A DNA stretch of 64,000 nt from Bacteroidales bacterium (lineage in GTDB: Bacteria > Bacteroidota > Bacteroidia > Bacteroidales > F082): positions 3,328 through 67,327 of the forward strand of contig JAFXMK010000034.1 in the NCBI GenBank assembly GCA_017530365.1. Direction: 5' to 3'. A program made the translations under genes and the position numbers. This document shows positions 52,713 to 61,365 of this stretch, piece by piece; the first letter of the stretch is position 1, and each line of letters starts with the position of its first letter. The notes under the pieces are model-generated. The model made no database searches, was not told where the DNA came from, and worked only from the letters and a program-made list of their open reading frames with translations.

Positions 52713-53921
52713 ATGAGTGAAATCATCCTCTCCAACAGAGTCCTGAACATGGCCGAATCTGCTACGCTGGCCATGACCAACAAAAGCCGCGAGCTGAAAG
52801 CCCAAGGCATTGACGTCATCAGTTTGAGCATTGGCGAACCCGACTTCAACACCCCTGAGTCCGCCAAGCAAGCCGGTGTCGATGCTATCAACAACAACGA
52901 CACTCACTATCCGCCAGTTCCCGGTACGCCCGCACTGCGCAAGGCCATCGCCAACAAGCTGAAACGCGACAACGGCTTGGATTATAAGGACACTGACATC
53001 CTCGTTTCAAACGGCGCCAAGCAAGCCATCAACAACGTGCTTCTCGCCATCGTCAACGATGGCGACGAGGTCATCATCCCCGCCCCGTTCTGGGTCTCCT
53101 ACCCCGAGATGGTGAAATTGGCAGGTGGCGTTCCCGTCATCGTCAAGAGCGACATGGCTCACGACTTCAAGATCACTGCCGAGCAACTCGAAAAGGCCAT
53201 CACTCCCAAGACCAAAGCCCTGCTCATCAACACGCCCTGCAACCCTAGCGGCAGCGTCTTCACCAAAGCCGAGCTGACCGCCATCGCCGAGGTGCTGAAG
53301 AAATACCCGAACATCATCATCATCTCCGATGAGATCTACGAATTCATCCAATACGAGCACAAGCACGAGAGCATGGGGCAGTTCGACTTCCTGAAAGACC
53401 GTCTCGTCCTTGTCAACGGCGTCGCCAAAGGCTATGCCATGACGGGCTGGCGCATCGGCTACATCGCCGCTCCCCAAGCCATCGTGAAGGCCACCAACAA
53501 GATTCAAGGCCAAATCACCTCCGGCATCTGCACCATCGCACAAGCCGCCGCTGCCAAAGCCATGGAACTCAGCCCCGAGAACTCGACAGAGATTCAGGAA
53601 ATGCTGAAGGCTTTCCGTCATCGCCGCGACACCTTCGTGAAGCTGCTCAACGAGATTCCTGGCGTGAAGTGCAACACCCCTGCCGGCGCCTTCTATGTGT
53701 TCCCAGAGATGAATTCATTCTACGGCAAAACCGACGGCGAGACCGTCATCAAGGGCAGCGACGACCTCTGCATGTGGCTGCTCTACAACGCCCATGTGGC
53801 TTGCGTAGCCGGTAATGCCTTCGGCAACGACGACTGCATCCGCTTGTCGTATGCCACCAGCGAGGACAAGTTGGTCGAAGCTGTGAGAAGGATTAAGGAA
53901 GCGTTGAAGAAGCTGAAATAA
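52713..53921 (+). CDS. PLP-dependent aminotransferase, aspartate aminotransferase-like (class I)
   Basis: 402 aa. Has SLSIGEPDFNTP, NTPCNPSG and the Lys context NGVAKGYAMTGWRIGY. Confidence 0.9.
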   Translation: MSEIILSNRVLNMAESATLAMTNKSRELKAQGIDVISLSIGEPDFNTPESAKQAGVDAINNNDTHYPPVPGTPALRKAIANKLKRDNGLDYKDTDILVSNGAKQAINNVLLAIVNDGDEVIIPAPFWVSYPEMVKLAGGVPVIVKSDMAHDFKITAEQLEKAITPKTKALLINTPCNPSGSVFTKAELTAIAEVLKKYPNIIIISDEIYEFIQYEHKHESMGQFDFLKDRLVLVNGVAKGYAMTGWRIGYIAAPQAIVKATNKIQGQITSGICTIAQAAAAKAMELSPENSTEIQEMLKAFRHRRDTFVKLLNEIPGVKCNTPAGAFYVFPEMNSFYGKTDGETVIKGSDDLCMWLLYNAHVACVAGNAFGNDDCIRLSYATSEDKLVEAVRRIKEALKKLK

Positions 53922-53952
53922 TAGATAAAAGATAAGAGATAAGAGATAAAAG
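53919..53952 (+). repeat. 7-nt tandem repeat (GATAAGA-like) with TAA every 7 nt
   Basis: TAATAGATAAAAGATAAGAGATAAGAGATAAAAG, with TAA at 53919, 53926, 53933, 53940 and 53947. It fills the whole spacer between the two genes. Confidence 0.85.
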
Positions 53953-54918
53953 TTGGCACTGGACGGATTTAACGGGTTGAAGGCGTTAGTGGTGGGCGAC
54001 GTGATGATCGACGCCTACACGAAAGGTGTCGTGGAACGCATGTCACCTGAAGCACCTGTACCCATCGTCAATCTGAAGGAGCGCTTCGACCGACTTGGAG
54101 GTGCCGCCAATGTGGCGCTCAACCTCAAGGCCTTGGGAGCCATCCCTTATGTTTGCTCCGTCATTGGCAACGACACTTCTGGGAAGCGTCTGCTCCAGCT
54201 GATGACTGATCACGGACTTGACACCGCCGGAATGATCCAAAGCAGCCAACGGATGACTACCGTCAAGCAACGTGTTTTCGATGGCGACAAGCAGCTGCTT
54301 CGCATCGATGAAGAAGACGCTTTCGATCTGACTGAAGAAGAGTATTCCTCTTTAATCCGTGCCTTTGAAAACCAACTTGACAACTGTGATGTCGTCATCT
54401 TGCAGGACTACAATAAAGGTGTCCTGACCGATCGGTTGATCAAGAGCATCATCGCATCGGCCAACGAAAGGAATATTCCCGTTGCTGTCGATCCCAAGAA
54501 GAAAAACTTCTTCGCCTATCAGGGAGTGACGCTCTTCAAACCCAATGCCAAAGAACTTCGCGATGGTCTCGGCGTTCATGCCGAGACCATCGACGAGCTC
54601 CGACAGGCAGCCGTCGCCCTTCAAGAACGATTGCATTGCAAATACCTCATGGTAACTCTCTCGGAACAAGGCGTCATCATCTTGAATAATGGCAATTTTT
54701 ACCACATCCCGGCACATCCCAGAGATATTTTGGACGTATCAGGAGCTGGTGACACCGTATTGAGTGTGGCCGCACTCAGCATGGCCATTAAGAAAGAAGC
54801 CAAAACAATTGCCGAGCTGTCGAACATCGCCGGCGGGCTTGTCTGCGAAGCCGTTGGCGTCGTTCCTATTGACAAGGACAAGCTGCTCAAAGAGTACAAC
54901 CGAATTTGCCATGAGTGA
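53953..54918 (+). CDS. PfkB-family sugar kinase, RfaE/HldE domain-I-like (heptose-7-phosphate kinase-like)
   Basis: 321 aa with an apparent TTG start. Has ALVVGDVMIDAY, PVPIV..RLGGAANVA and the C-terminal DVSGAGDT motif of the ribokinase/PfkB family. Confidence 0.7.
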   Translation: MALDGFNGLKALVVGDVMIDAYTKGVVERMSPEAPVPIVNLKERFDRLGGAANVALNLKALGAIPYVCSVIGNDTSGKRLLQLMTDHGLDTAGMIQSSQRMTTVKQRVFDGDKQLLRIDEEDAFDLTEEEYSSLIRAFENQLDNCDVVILQDYNKGVLTDRLIKSIIASANERNIPVAVDPKKKNFFAYQGVTLFKPNAKELRDGLGVHAETIDELRQAAVALQERLHCKYLMVTLSEQGVIILNNGNFYHIPAHPRDILDVSGAGDTVLSVAALSMAIKKEAKTIAELSNIAGGLVCEAVGVVPIDKDKLLKEYNRICHE

Positions 54919-55630
54919 GCAGCAGTCCGTCACTGAGATGTTCGACGACATTTCTCCCCGCTATGATTTCTTAAACCACCTGCTTTCGTTTCACATCGAC
55001 AAGACGTGGAGGCGGAAAACTTCTCAATGGGTCTCCCAAGATCATCCAGCCTCCATCCTTGACGTGGCAACCGGCACCGCCGATCTTGCCATCCGCTTAG
55101 CCAAGGACTGCCCTTCATCACAAATCATCGGCATTGACTTGTCTGAAAAAATGTTGGAGATCGGGAAGAAGAAAATCACCAACAAACAGTTGGGGGATCG
55201 CATCAAGCTTCAAATCGGTAACGCCGAACAGATTCCTTTCCCCGACAGCACTTTTGATGCCGTTACCACCGCCTTCGGGGTTCGCAACTTTGAACATCTT
55301 GAGCAAGGCCTACAGGAAATGTTCAGGATCACCAAGGACAAAGGGATGATAGCCGTCTTGGAGTTTTCACATCCCGAGAAAGGTTTTATTCGGATACCCT
55401 ACCGATGCTATTCCAAACACATCCTGCCTTTAGCGGGACGAATCATATCGAGACATCATGCTGCCTACCGTTATCTTCCAGATACCATAGAAGCCTTTCC
55501 AAAAGCAGAAATCTTTATGAACCTTCTGATGAAAGCGGGATTTTCTGAAGTCGGCAAAAGAGAGTACAGCGGCGGCATTGCCACCTTGTACTATGGCCGG
55601 GCTCAAAAAAAGCACGTTCTATCACAATAA
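54911..55630 (+). CDS. ubiE: demethylmenaquinone/ubiquinone methyltransferase UbiE/MenG
   Basis: Internal Met of ORF 54764..55630 (MSEQQSVTEMFDDISPRYDFLNHLLSF). Has the SAM motif ILDVATGTADLA. The start overlaps the upstream stop (ATGAGTGA). Confidence 0.9.
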   Translation: MSEQQSVTEMFDDISPRYDFLNHLLSFHIDKTWRRKTSQWVSQDHPASILDVATGTADLAIRLAKDCPSSQIIGIDLSEKMLEIGKKKITNKQLGDRIKLQIGNAEQIPFPDSTFDAVTTAFGVRNFEHLEQGLQEMFRITKDKGMIAVLEFSHPEKGFIRIPYRCYSKHILPLAGRIISRHHAAYRYLPDTIEAFPKAEIFMNLLMKAGFSEVGKREYSGGIATLYYGRAQKKHVLSQ

Positions 55631-55671
55631 AAAAGCAATTATTGCCGTTAAAAACACCTAAACTAAACACC

Positions 55672-56484
55672 GTGAAAAAAGCCTTCAAAACAATTATATT
55701 CCTGATTCTCGCCATGGCTTGTGTCAATGGCGTGCAAGCACAGCGGAGAAAAGTCATATACCTTCAAACCTATGACTGGGCACCTTACCACTTCGGACTT
55801 CGTGTTGGAACCAATTTCATGGATTACAAGTTGATCATGAAAGAAAACTACCAAAACGTAATCCACACTGATTTCAGTGAGATTAACGAGGTCGTCCAAG
55901 GCATCTCCCAGGAAGGTTTTCAAAGTTATCAGATCCTCAGCGTGGCAATGGACACGGTTGGCAGGCCTTTTCGCACCATTCCTCATCCCGGATTTTCGGT
56001 GGGTGTAATAGGTGATTTGCGTTTAGGCGATTTTCTCAATCTGCGATTCAGTCCCACCTACAGCTTGAGTTCCATCGACATAGGCTACACGCTTAAACTC
56101 AACTATGTCAATGATAGCACAATAATAAGAAACGAGAAATCTCACAACATACATGTAAATTGTTTAGATTTCCCTTTGCACATCAAATACAGATCGAAAC
56201 GGTACAACAACATTGGGTTTTATCTTCTTACGGGTGTCAACCCAAGATTGTTTTTCACCTTTTCCAGCGCTCCTGCTGAATGGATTAAAACGAAACCATG
56301 GGATGTGGATTTGGATTTAGGCGTTGGATTGGACGTTTATAACCAATGGTTCAAAATGGGATTGGAGGTAAAGTATGGTTTTGGTATGCTAAACGTTTTT
56401 AGCGATTCTCAAGTATATTACTTCGGAAACCCCATAGAGAAGCTGAAAAACAGACAATTACAAGTCACTCTTACGCTAGAATAA
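55672..56484 (+). CDS. outer-membrane beta-barrel protein (PorT/porin-family-like)
   Basis: ORF 55642..56484. I prefer the GTG at 55672, which gives signal peptide KKAFKTIIFLILAMACVNGVQAQ. Alternating beta-strand pattern throughout. Confidence 0.55.
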   Translation: MKKAFKTIIFLILAMACVNGVQAQRRKVIYLQTYDWAPYHFGLRVGTNFMDYKLIMKENYQNVIHTDFSEINEVVQGISQEGFQSYQILSVAMDTVGRPFRTIPHPGFSVGVIGDLRLGDFLNLRFSPTYSLSSIDIGYTLKLNYVNDSTIIRNEKSHNIHVNCLDFPLHIKYRSKRYNNIGFYLLTGVNPRLFFTFSSAPAEWIKTKPWDVDLDLGVGLDVYNQWFKMGLEVKYGFGMLNVFSDSQVYYFGNPIEKLKNRQLQVTLTLE

Positions 56485-56525
56485 AAAAAATTGCCCAATT
56501 TTGTTGTGGGTATGGATTTTTTGTC

Positions 56526-56533
56526 TAATTTTG
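56526..56533 (+). promoter_or_regulatory. -7 box TAATTTTG for tRNA-Glu
   Basis: Matches TAnnTTTG, 21 nt upstream of the tRNA 5' end. Confidence 0.5.
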
Positions 56534-56553
56534 CAGCGTCAAAAATGACAGAT

Positions 56554-56627
56554 GGTCTCTTCGTCTAGTCTGGTCAGGACGTCAGGTTTTCATCCTGGTA
56601 ACTCGGGTTCAAATCCCGGAGAGACTA
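56554..56627 (+). tRNA. tRNA-Glu (anticodon TTC)
   Basis: GGTCTCTTCGTCTAGTCTGGTCAGGACGTCAGGTTTTCATCCTGGTAACTCGGGTTCAAATCCCGGAGAGACTA. Collinear with E. coli tRNA-Glu. Anticodon arm TCAGG-TTTTCAT-CCTGG. G1-U72 wobble. CCA is not encoded. The track ORF 56552.. overlaps it spuriously. Confidence 0.9.
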
Positions 56628-56628
56628 C

Positions 56629-56655
56629 AAGCCCGCTGAATAGCGGGCTTTTTTT
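56629..56655 (+). terminator. rho-independent terminator after tRNA-Glu
   Basis: AAGCCCGCT-gaat-AGCGGGCTT followed by T5. Confidence 0.8.
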
Positions 56656-56656
56656 G

Positions 56657-56664
56657 TATCTTTG
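56657..56664 (+). promoter_or_regulatory. -7 box TATCTTTG for lplA
   Basis: Directly follows the tRNA terminator, 5 nt before the ATG at 56669. This implies a leaderless or near-leaderless mRNA. Confidence 0.45.
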
Positions 56665-56668
56665 CGCC

Positions 56669-57571
56669 ATGAAAAAGCTTCAAGTCATCGTCAGCAACCA
56701 ATACAACCCCTACCTGAACCTCGCGGTGGAGACTTGGCTCACCGATCATCAGGAAGAGGATGTGGTGACAATGTATCTTTGGAAGAACGAGCGCACAGTG
56801 GTCATAGGGTTGAACCAGAACCCCTTCTCAGAATGCGACGTGAAACACCTGAACGAGGAGGGCGGCCATCTGATGCGCCGCCGCACGGGAGGTGGCGCCG
56901 TCTATCATGACCTGGGCAACCTCAACTTCTCCTTTGTCGCAGACAAAAGCAATTACGATGTGCGCAAGCAGCAATCCGTCATTCAGGAAGCCTTAAAAAC
57001 CTTCGGGCTGGAAGCTGAGATTTCCGGTCGCAACGACCTTACCTGCCAAGGACGCAAATTCTCCGGCAACGCATTCTTCAACGGCACCGTCAACAACTTG
57101 CATCACGGCACCATCTTAATAAAGACCGATGCCGAGATGATGCAACGCTATCTTACCGTGACGCCTCAAAAGCTGCAGAAACACGGCGTACAGAGCGTTC
57201 GCAGCCGCGTTGTCAACCTCTCCGAACTGGCTGATGTCACCTCGGAAAGCATCGTTTTACCTTTAATTCAAGCTTTCGAGAAGGTTTACGGAATGAAGGC
57301 TGAGATGGTTAGCTTCAACGCTATCGCCATGCTCAACGAGGTCCGAGACACCGAAGCACATATCTCGTCACGCGACTACCTCTACGCCAAATGGGAACAC
57401 TTCAAAGCCGTCAAAAAAGGACAGTTCACATGGGGTAACGTGGAAGTCGGCTTCGAGGTGGACGAAAACACCCACGCCGTGAAGAATGTCATTATCGCCA
57501 CCGACAGCTTAAACACCGAAATCACCAATATATGTAACGACATTTTCGGATTATTAGATTTAAAACTATAA
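56669..57571 (+). CDS. lplA: lipoate--protein ligase
   Basis: Internal Met of ORF 56552..57571 (MKKLQVIVSNQYNPYLNLA). Has RRRTGGGAVYHDLGN and GRKFSGNA. Confidence 0.85.
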   Translation: MKKLQVIVSNQYNPYLNLAVETWLTDHQEEDVVTMYLWKNERTVVIGLNQNPFSECDVKHLNEEGGHLMRRRTGGGAVYHDLGNLNFSFVADKSNYDVRKQQSVIQEALKTFGLEAEISGRNDLTCQGRKFSGNAFFNGTVNNLHHGTILIKTDAEMMQRYLTVTPQKLQKHGVQSVRSRVVNLSELADVTSESIVLPLIQAFEKVYGMKAEMVSFNAIAMLNEVRDTEAHISSRDYLYAKWEHFKAVKKGQFTWGNVEVGFEVDENTHAVKNVIIATDSLNTEITNICNDIFGLLDLKL

Positions 57572-57587
57572 CTTTCAATTTTCCACT

Positions 57588-58910
57588 ATGAAATACTTCC
57601 TCCTCCCCTTCGGATGCCAGATGAACCTCAGCGACACAGAACGTGTGCGCACCGTGCTTCAACAGATGGGTTATGAACCCACAGACAACGAAGAGGAAGC
57701 CAACCTGTTGGGCATCGTGGCTTGCTCGGTGCGACAGAAAGGCATCGATAAGGTGTATGGCCGCATCGAGAAATGGAATGCCATGAAGAATCGCAAGAGC
57801 GTTCTCACCTTCGTTTCAGGCTGCATCCTACCCGCCGACAAGGTGCGTTTCCTCAAGCTGTTCGACCTGGTGTTCACCATGAACGAGCTGCCCAAATTGC
57901 CCGAGATGATCCGCCAGTACGGTGTGGTCACCCCGATGAAGGAATCGAACCCGTCGGCCAACATGGAGCCTTTCTGGGAAATCAATCCCATGCGCGCCTC
58001 TAGCTTCGAGGCCTACATCCCCATCCAAAACGGATGCAACAACTTCTGCACCTACTGCGCCGTACCTTACACCCGCGGACGTGAAGTATCAAGGCCTTCT
58101 GAAGAGATTCTGAACGAGGTGAAGGAGCTAGTGGAGAAGGATTACAAGAGCATCACGCTGTTGGGTCAAAACGTCAACTCTTACGGATTGGACAAGAAAG
58201 GCGAAGAAATCAACTTTGCTGAGTTGCTACGACGCATCGGCGAATACGGCAAGGCCTCTGGAAAGGAGTTTTGGGTATATTACACTGCCCCGCATCCCCG
58301 CGACATGGAAGATGAGATCATCGAGGTGATGGCGCAGTACGACTGCCTTGCCAAGCAGATCCACATTCCCATCCAGTCAGGCGACGACATGATGTTGCAA
58401 CGCATGAACCGCCACCACAACCTGGAACGCTACCGCCATATCATCCAGACCATACGCCGCGTGTTGCCCACCGCCACCATCTTCACCGACATCATCGTAG
58501 GCTTCACCCATGAGAGCGAGGAGGAGTTCGAGAACACGCGCAAGGCCATGGAGGAGTTCAAGTACAACATGGCTTACATTGCGCAATACAGCGTTCGTGA
58601 AGGCGCCGTGGCTTCCAAATGGGAGGATGATGTGCCGAAGGAAGTAAAACGCCAGCGTTACCATCGCCTTACCGAAGAATTGATGAAGCATTCCTTGGTC
58701 TATAACCAGGCCTTGGTCGGCACCACAGTGAAGATGCTTGTGGAAGACTACGACCGCAAAAACGGTTATCTCACCGGCCACACCGAAGGTAAGATCGTCA
58801 TCAGATTCGCTTCCAAGAACGAAGGCTTAATAGGTCAGATTGTCAACGTAAAGGTTACTTCCGCCTCACCCCTATCCATCGAAGGCATCCTCCTAACTCC
58901 TAACTCCTAA
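57588..58910 (+). CDS. miaB: radical-SAM methylthiotransferase, MiaB-like (tRNA i6A37 methylthiotransferase)
   Basis: 440 aa. UPF0004 N-domain Cys (FGCQMN, ACSVRQ), radical SAM CNNFCTYCAVPYTRG and a C-terminal TRAM-like domain. Confidence 0.8.
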   Translation: MKYFLLPFGCQMNLSDTERVRTVLQQMGYEPTDNEEEANLLGIVACSVRQKGIDKVYGRIEKWNAMKNRKSVLTFVSGCILPADKVRFLKLFDLVFTMNELPKLPEMIRQYGVVTPMKESNPSANMEPFWEINPMRASSFEAYIPIQNGCNNFCTYCAVPYTRGREVSRPSEEILNEVKELVEKDYKSITLLGQNVNSYGLDKKGEEINFAELLRRIGEYGKASGKEFWVYYTAPHPRDMEDEIIEVMAQYDCLAKQIHIPIQSGDDMMLQRMNRHHNLERYRHIIQTIRRVLPTATIFTDIIVGFTHESEEEFENTRKAMEEFKYNMAYIAQYSVREGAVASKWEDDVPKEVKRQRYHRLTEELMKHSLVYNQALVGTTVKMLVEDYDRKNGYLTGHTEGKIVIRFASKNEGLIGQIVNVKVTSASPLSIEGILLTPNS

Positions 58911-58915
58911 CTCCC
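58889..58915 (+). repeat. 7-nt tandem repeat (CTCCTAA)x3 at the miaB/mtaB junction
   Basis: CCTCCTAACTCCTAACTCCTAACTCCC, with TAA at 58894, 58901 and 58908. The last TAA is the miaB stop. The ATG of the next gene is at 58916. Confidence 0.85.
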
Positions 58916-60244
58916 ATGCGTGTCTCTTTCAAAACATTGGGTTGCCGCGTCAACCTCTTTGAAACCGATGCTTTGGCATCACGTTTCAAAGCAGGCGGCT
59001 ATGAGGTAGTGAACACAGGAGAGGCTGATATCTTCGTGGTGAACACCTGCACCGTCACCAACACCAGTGACCAGAAATGCCGTCAGGCCATCCATCAGAT
59101 CCGAAGGAAGAACCCCGATGCGCTGATTGTAGTCACCGGATGCATGGTCAACCATCGCAAGGAGGATCTAGTCCAAGAAGGCATCGCTGACTATGTCATC
59201 GACAACGAGCGAAAGTCAGCCATTTTCGACATTGTGGAAGAGCATTACAAGCTTGGCCACAGCGATCCAGAAGGCTACGACCGAGACCTGTTCAGCTACC
59301 AACCGGCATTCGACACCTTCCATACCCGCAGCCTGATCAAGATCCATGACGGCTGCAACAACTTCTGTTCCTACTGCATCATCCCCATGGTCAGGGGAAG
59401 ATCCACCAGCCGTCCCGCAGAAGACATCTATGAAAACATCCGGAAAGTAGTCAATCACGGCTTCAAAGAAATCGTGCTCACAGGCGTCAACCTGGGGCGT
59501 TATCATGATGGCGACACCAATTTCGAGACCTTGGTCGAACACATTATTAATTTAAAGGGGGATTTCCGTGTTCGGGTCTCCTCTATTGAGCCCGACCAGT
59601 TCAGCGACCGGTTTTTACAACTTTTCCAACACGAAAAGCTGGCGCCCCACATGCACATCTGTCTGCAAAGTGGGTCGGAAGACACCTTGAAGCGCATGCA
59701 TCGTTTTTACAGTGCGGCTCAGTTCAGAGAGATGTGCCAACGCATCAAGGCGTTTTGTCCCGACTTCAACATTACCACAGACATCATCGTGGGCTTCCCT
59801 GGCGAGACCGAAGCAACGTTCCAAGAGAGCTGCGACTTTGCCCGTGAAATCGGTTTCAGTCATATCCACACCTTCAAATACTCCAAGCGCACAGGTACCA
59901 AAGCCGCCGTCATGCCCGACCAAGTACCCGAAATCGAGAAGAGCCGAAGAAGCGAGATCATGCGTGCCATCTCGCTGGAGAACAAGCTCAAGTATTTCGA
60001 GCTGATGAAAGGAAAAACGCAAAGGCTGCTCATTGAGAGAATCGATTCAAAAGGAATTGCCCGAGGTTACGGAGAGAATTACATCCCCATTCAGATCTCG
60101 GGAGAGGACCTAAAAAGAAACAGCTTTATCAACGTGGTTCTCAACGAGATAATCAACAATAACAACGAGGATAAAATGGCATTTGAAACTTCTCTCCGAA
60201 AAAATTTTCTCCCAAATAATTGTTTGTATCAAGAAAAGTTGTAA
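58916..60244 (+). CDS. mtaB: radical-SAM methylthiotransferase, MtaB-like (tRNA t6A37 methylthiotransferase)
   Basis: 442 aa. Has VSFKTLGCRVNLFE, NTCTVT and radical SAM CNNFCSYCIIPMVRG. Confidence 0.8.
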   Translation: MRVSFKTLGCRVNLFETDALASRFKAGGYEVVNTGEADIFVVNTCTVTNTSDQKCRQAIHQIRRKNPDALIVVTGCMVNHRKEDLVQEGIADYVIDNERKSAIFDIVEEHYKLGHSDPEGYDRDLFSYQPAFDTFHTRSLIKIHDGCNNFCSYCIIPMVRGRSTSRPAEDIYENIRKVVNHGFKEIVLTGVNLGRYHDGDTNFETLVEHIINLKGDFRVRVSSIEPDQFSDRFLQLFQHEKLAPHMHICLQSGSEDTLKRMHRFYSAAQFREMCQRIKAFCPDFNITTDIIVGFPGETEATFQESCDFAREIGFSHIHTFKYSKRTGTKAAVMPDQVPEIEKSRRSEIMRAISLENKLKYFELMKGKTQRLLIERIDSKGIARGYGENYIPIQISGEDLKRNSFINVVLNEIINNNNEDKMAFETSLRKNFLPNNCLYQEKL

Positions 60245-60249
60245 TTTTG
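60242..60249 (+). promoter_or_regulatory. -7 box TAATTTTG for rpsT
   Basis: Starts with the mtaB stop codon, 46 nt upstream of the rpsT ATG. Confidence 0.5.
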
Positions 60250-60294
60250 CAGCCCAATTAGAAAAGAAGAAACAAATAAAGAGATATTTAGAAA

Positions 60295-60549
60295 ATGGCA
60301 AATCACAAATCTTCACTCAAAAGAATTCGTCAAACCGAAAAGAGACGTCTGCACAACCGTTACTACGCTAAAGCCATGCGTAACGAAGTCAGAAAATTCA
60401 GAACCCTTACCGAAAAGTCTGAGGCTGAGAACCAACTGCCGAAGTTGTACTCCATCATCGACAAAGTTGCCAAGCGCGGTATCATCCACAAGAACAAAGC
60501 CGGTAATCTGAAATCAAAGCTCTCAAGATACACTGCCAAGTTGGCATAA
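60295..60549 (+). CDS. rpsT: 30S ribosomal protein S20
   Basis: 84 aa, [24 protein letters not shown]... Confidence 0.95.
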   Translation: MANHKSSLKRIRQTEKRRLHNRYYAKAMRNEVRKFRTLTEKSEAENQLPKLYSIIDKVAKRGIIHKNKAGNLKSKLSRYTAKLA

Positions 60550-60574
60550 TAAGAGTTTTTTCATCATAATGTTG

Positions 60575-60607
60575 ACCTCCTCTATTCTTTAGGGGAGGTT
60601 TTTTTTG
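60575..60607 (+). terminator. rho-independent terminator after rpsT
   Basis: ACCTCC...GGAGGT hairpin followed by T9. Confidence 0.75.
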
Positions 60608-60627
60608 GTTTGTATAAAAAACTATAC

Positions 60628-60635
60628 TAAATTTG
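60628..60635 (+). promoter_or_regulatory. -7 box TAAATTTG for radC
   Basis: Matches TAnnTTTG, 29 nt upstream of the ATG at 60664. Confidence 0.45.
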
Positions 60636-60663
60636 CAATCATTATTTTATACTATTATAGATT

Positions 60664-61365
60664 ATGATTGCAAGCAACGGCAAAACCATCAAACACTGGG
60701 CAGCCGATGACCGTCCCCGAGAGAAAATGATCACAAAAGGCAAAGGCTCACTCAGCAACGCCGAACTTATCGCCGTCCTGATTGGATCGGGGCCTGGAGG
60801 ACAATCAGCGGTGGGGCTCGCAAGACAAGTGTTGTCTGCGGTTGGTGATAACCTCTACGACCTGTCAAAACTTAGCATTGACGAGCTGAAGCAACATAAA
60901 GGCATTGGAGAAGCCAAAGCTGTCAGCATCATGGCAGCCCTCGAACTAGGCCGGCGATGGAGCCTCACTTCACCCAAAGAAAGACTGACTATCAGCAACA
61001 GCAAAGAAGCTTACGAAAGCTTTTTGCCACTTATCGAAGATCCCGGAAAAGAAAATTTCTTGGTGGCCTATCTCAACCAAGGCAATAAAATCATCAAAAC
61101 AGAGCGCATCAGCATTGGAGGCATCACCTCTACCTTAGCCGACCCGAAAGTAATCTTTAAAAACGCACTGTTGAAAGAAGCCACTTCCATCATGTTGTGC
61201 CACAACCACCCTTCAGGCGTCGCCAGACCTAGTTCAGACGACAGGCAACTGACCAGAAAACTCATCAAAGCAGGGAAAATTTTGGACATCGCCATTCTCG
61301 ACCATCTCATTATCGGGGAAAATTCGTATTTTAGCTTCGCCGAAGAAGGCATTTTGAATGAATAA
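60664..61365 (+). CDS. radC: RadC-family JAB/MPN domain protein
   Basis: 233 aa. Has PREKM, the HhH region ELKQHKGIGEAKA, and the JAMM motif HNHPSG...PSSDD. Confidence 0.9.
   Translation: MIASNGKTIKHWAADDRPREKMITKGKGSLSNAELIAVLIGSGPGGQSAVGLARQVLSAVGDNLYDLSKLSIDELKQHKGIGEAKAVSIMAALELGRRWSLTSPKERLTISNSKEAYESFLPLIEDPGKENFLVAYLNQGNKIIKTERISIGGITSTLADPKVIFKNALLKEATSIMLCHNHPSGVARPSSDDRQLTRKLIKAGKILDIAILDHLIIGENSYFSFAEEGILNE

Noticed and set aside
56552-56668. N-terminal 39 codons of track ORF 56552..57571.
   Set aside because: This stretch is a tRNA-Glu gene plus its terminator and the lplA promoter box. The real lplA start is the ATG at 56669.
57588-60244. Two radical-SAM methylthiotransferase genes in tandem, possibly a duplicated or novel modification module.
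   Set aside because: The N-terminal signatures differ in the way expected for the MiaB and MtaB paralogues (FGCQMN... vs TLGCRVN...). Both are ordinary tRNA-modification enzymes. Only the junction repeat between them is unusual.
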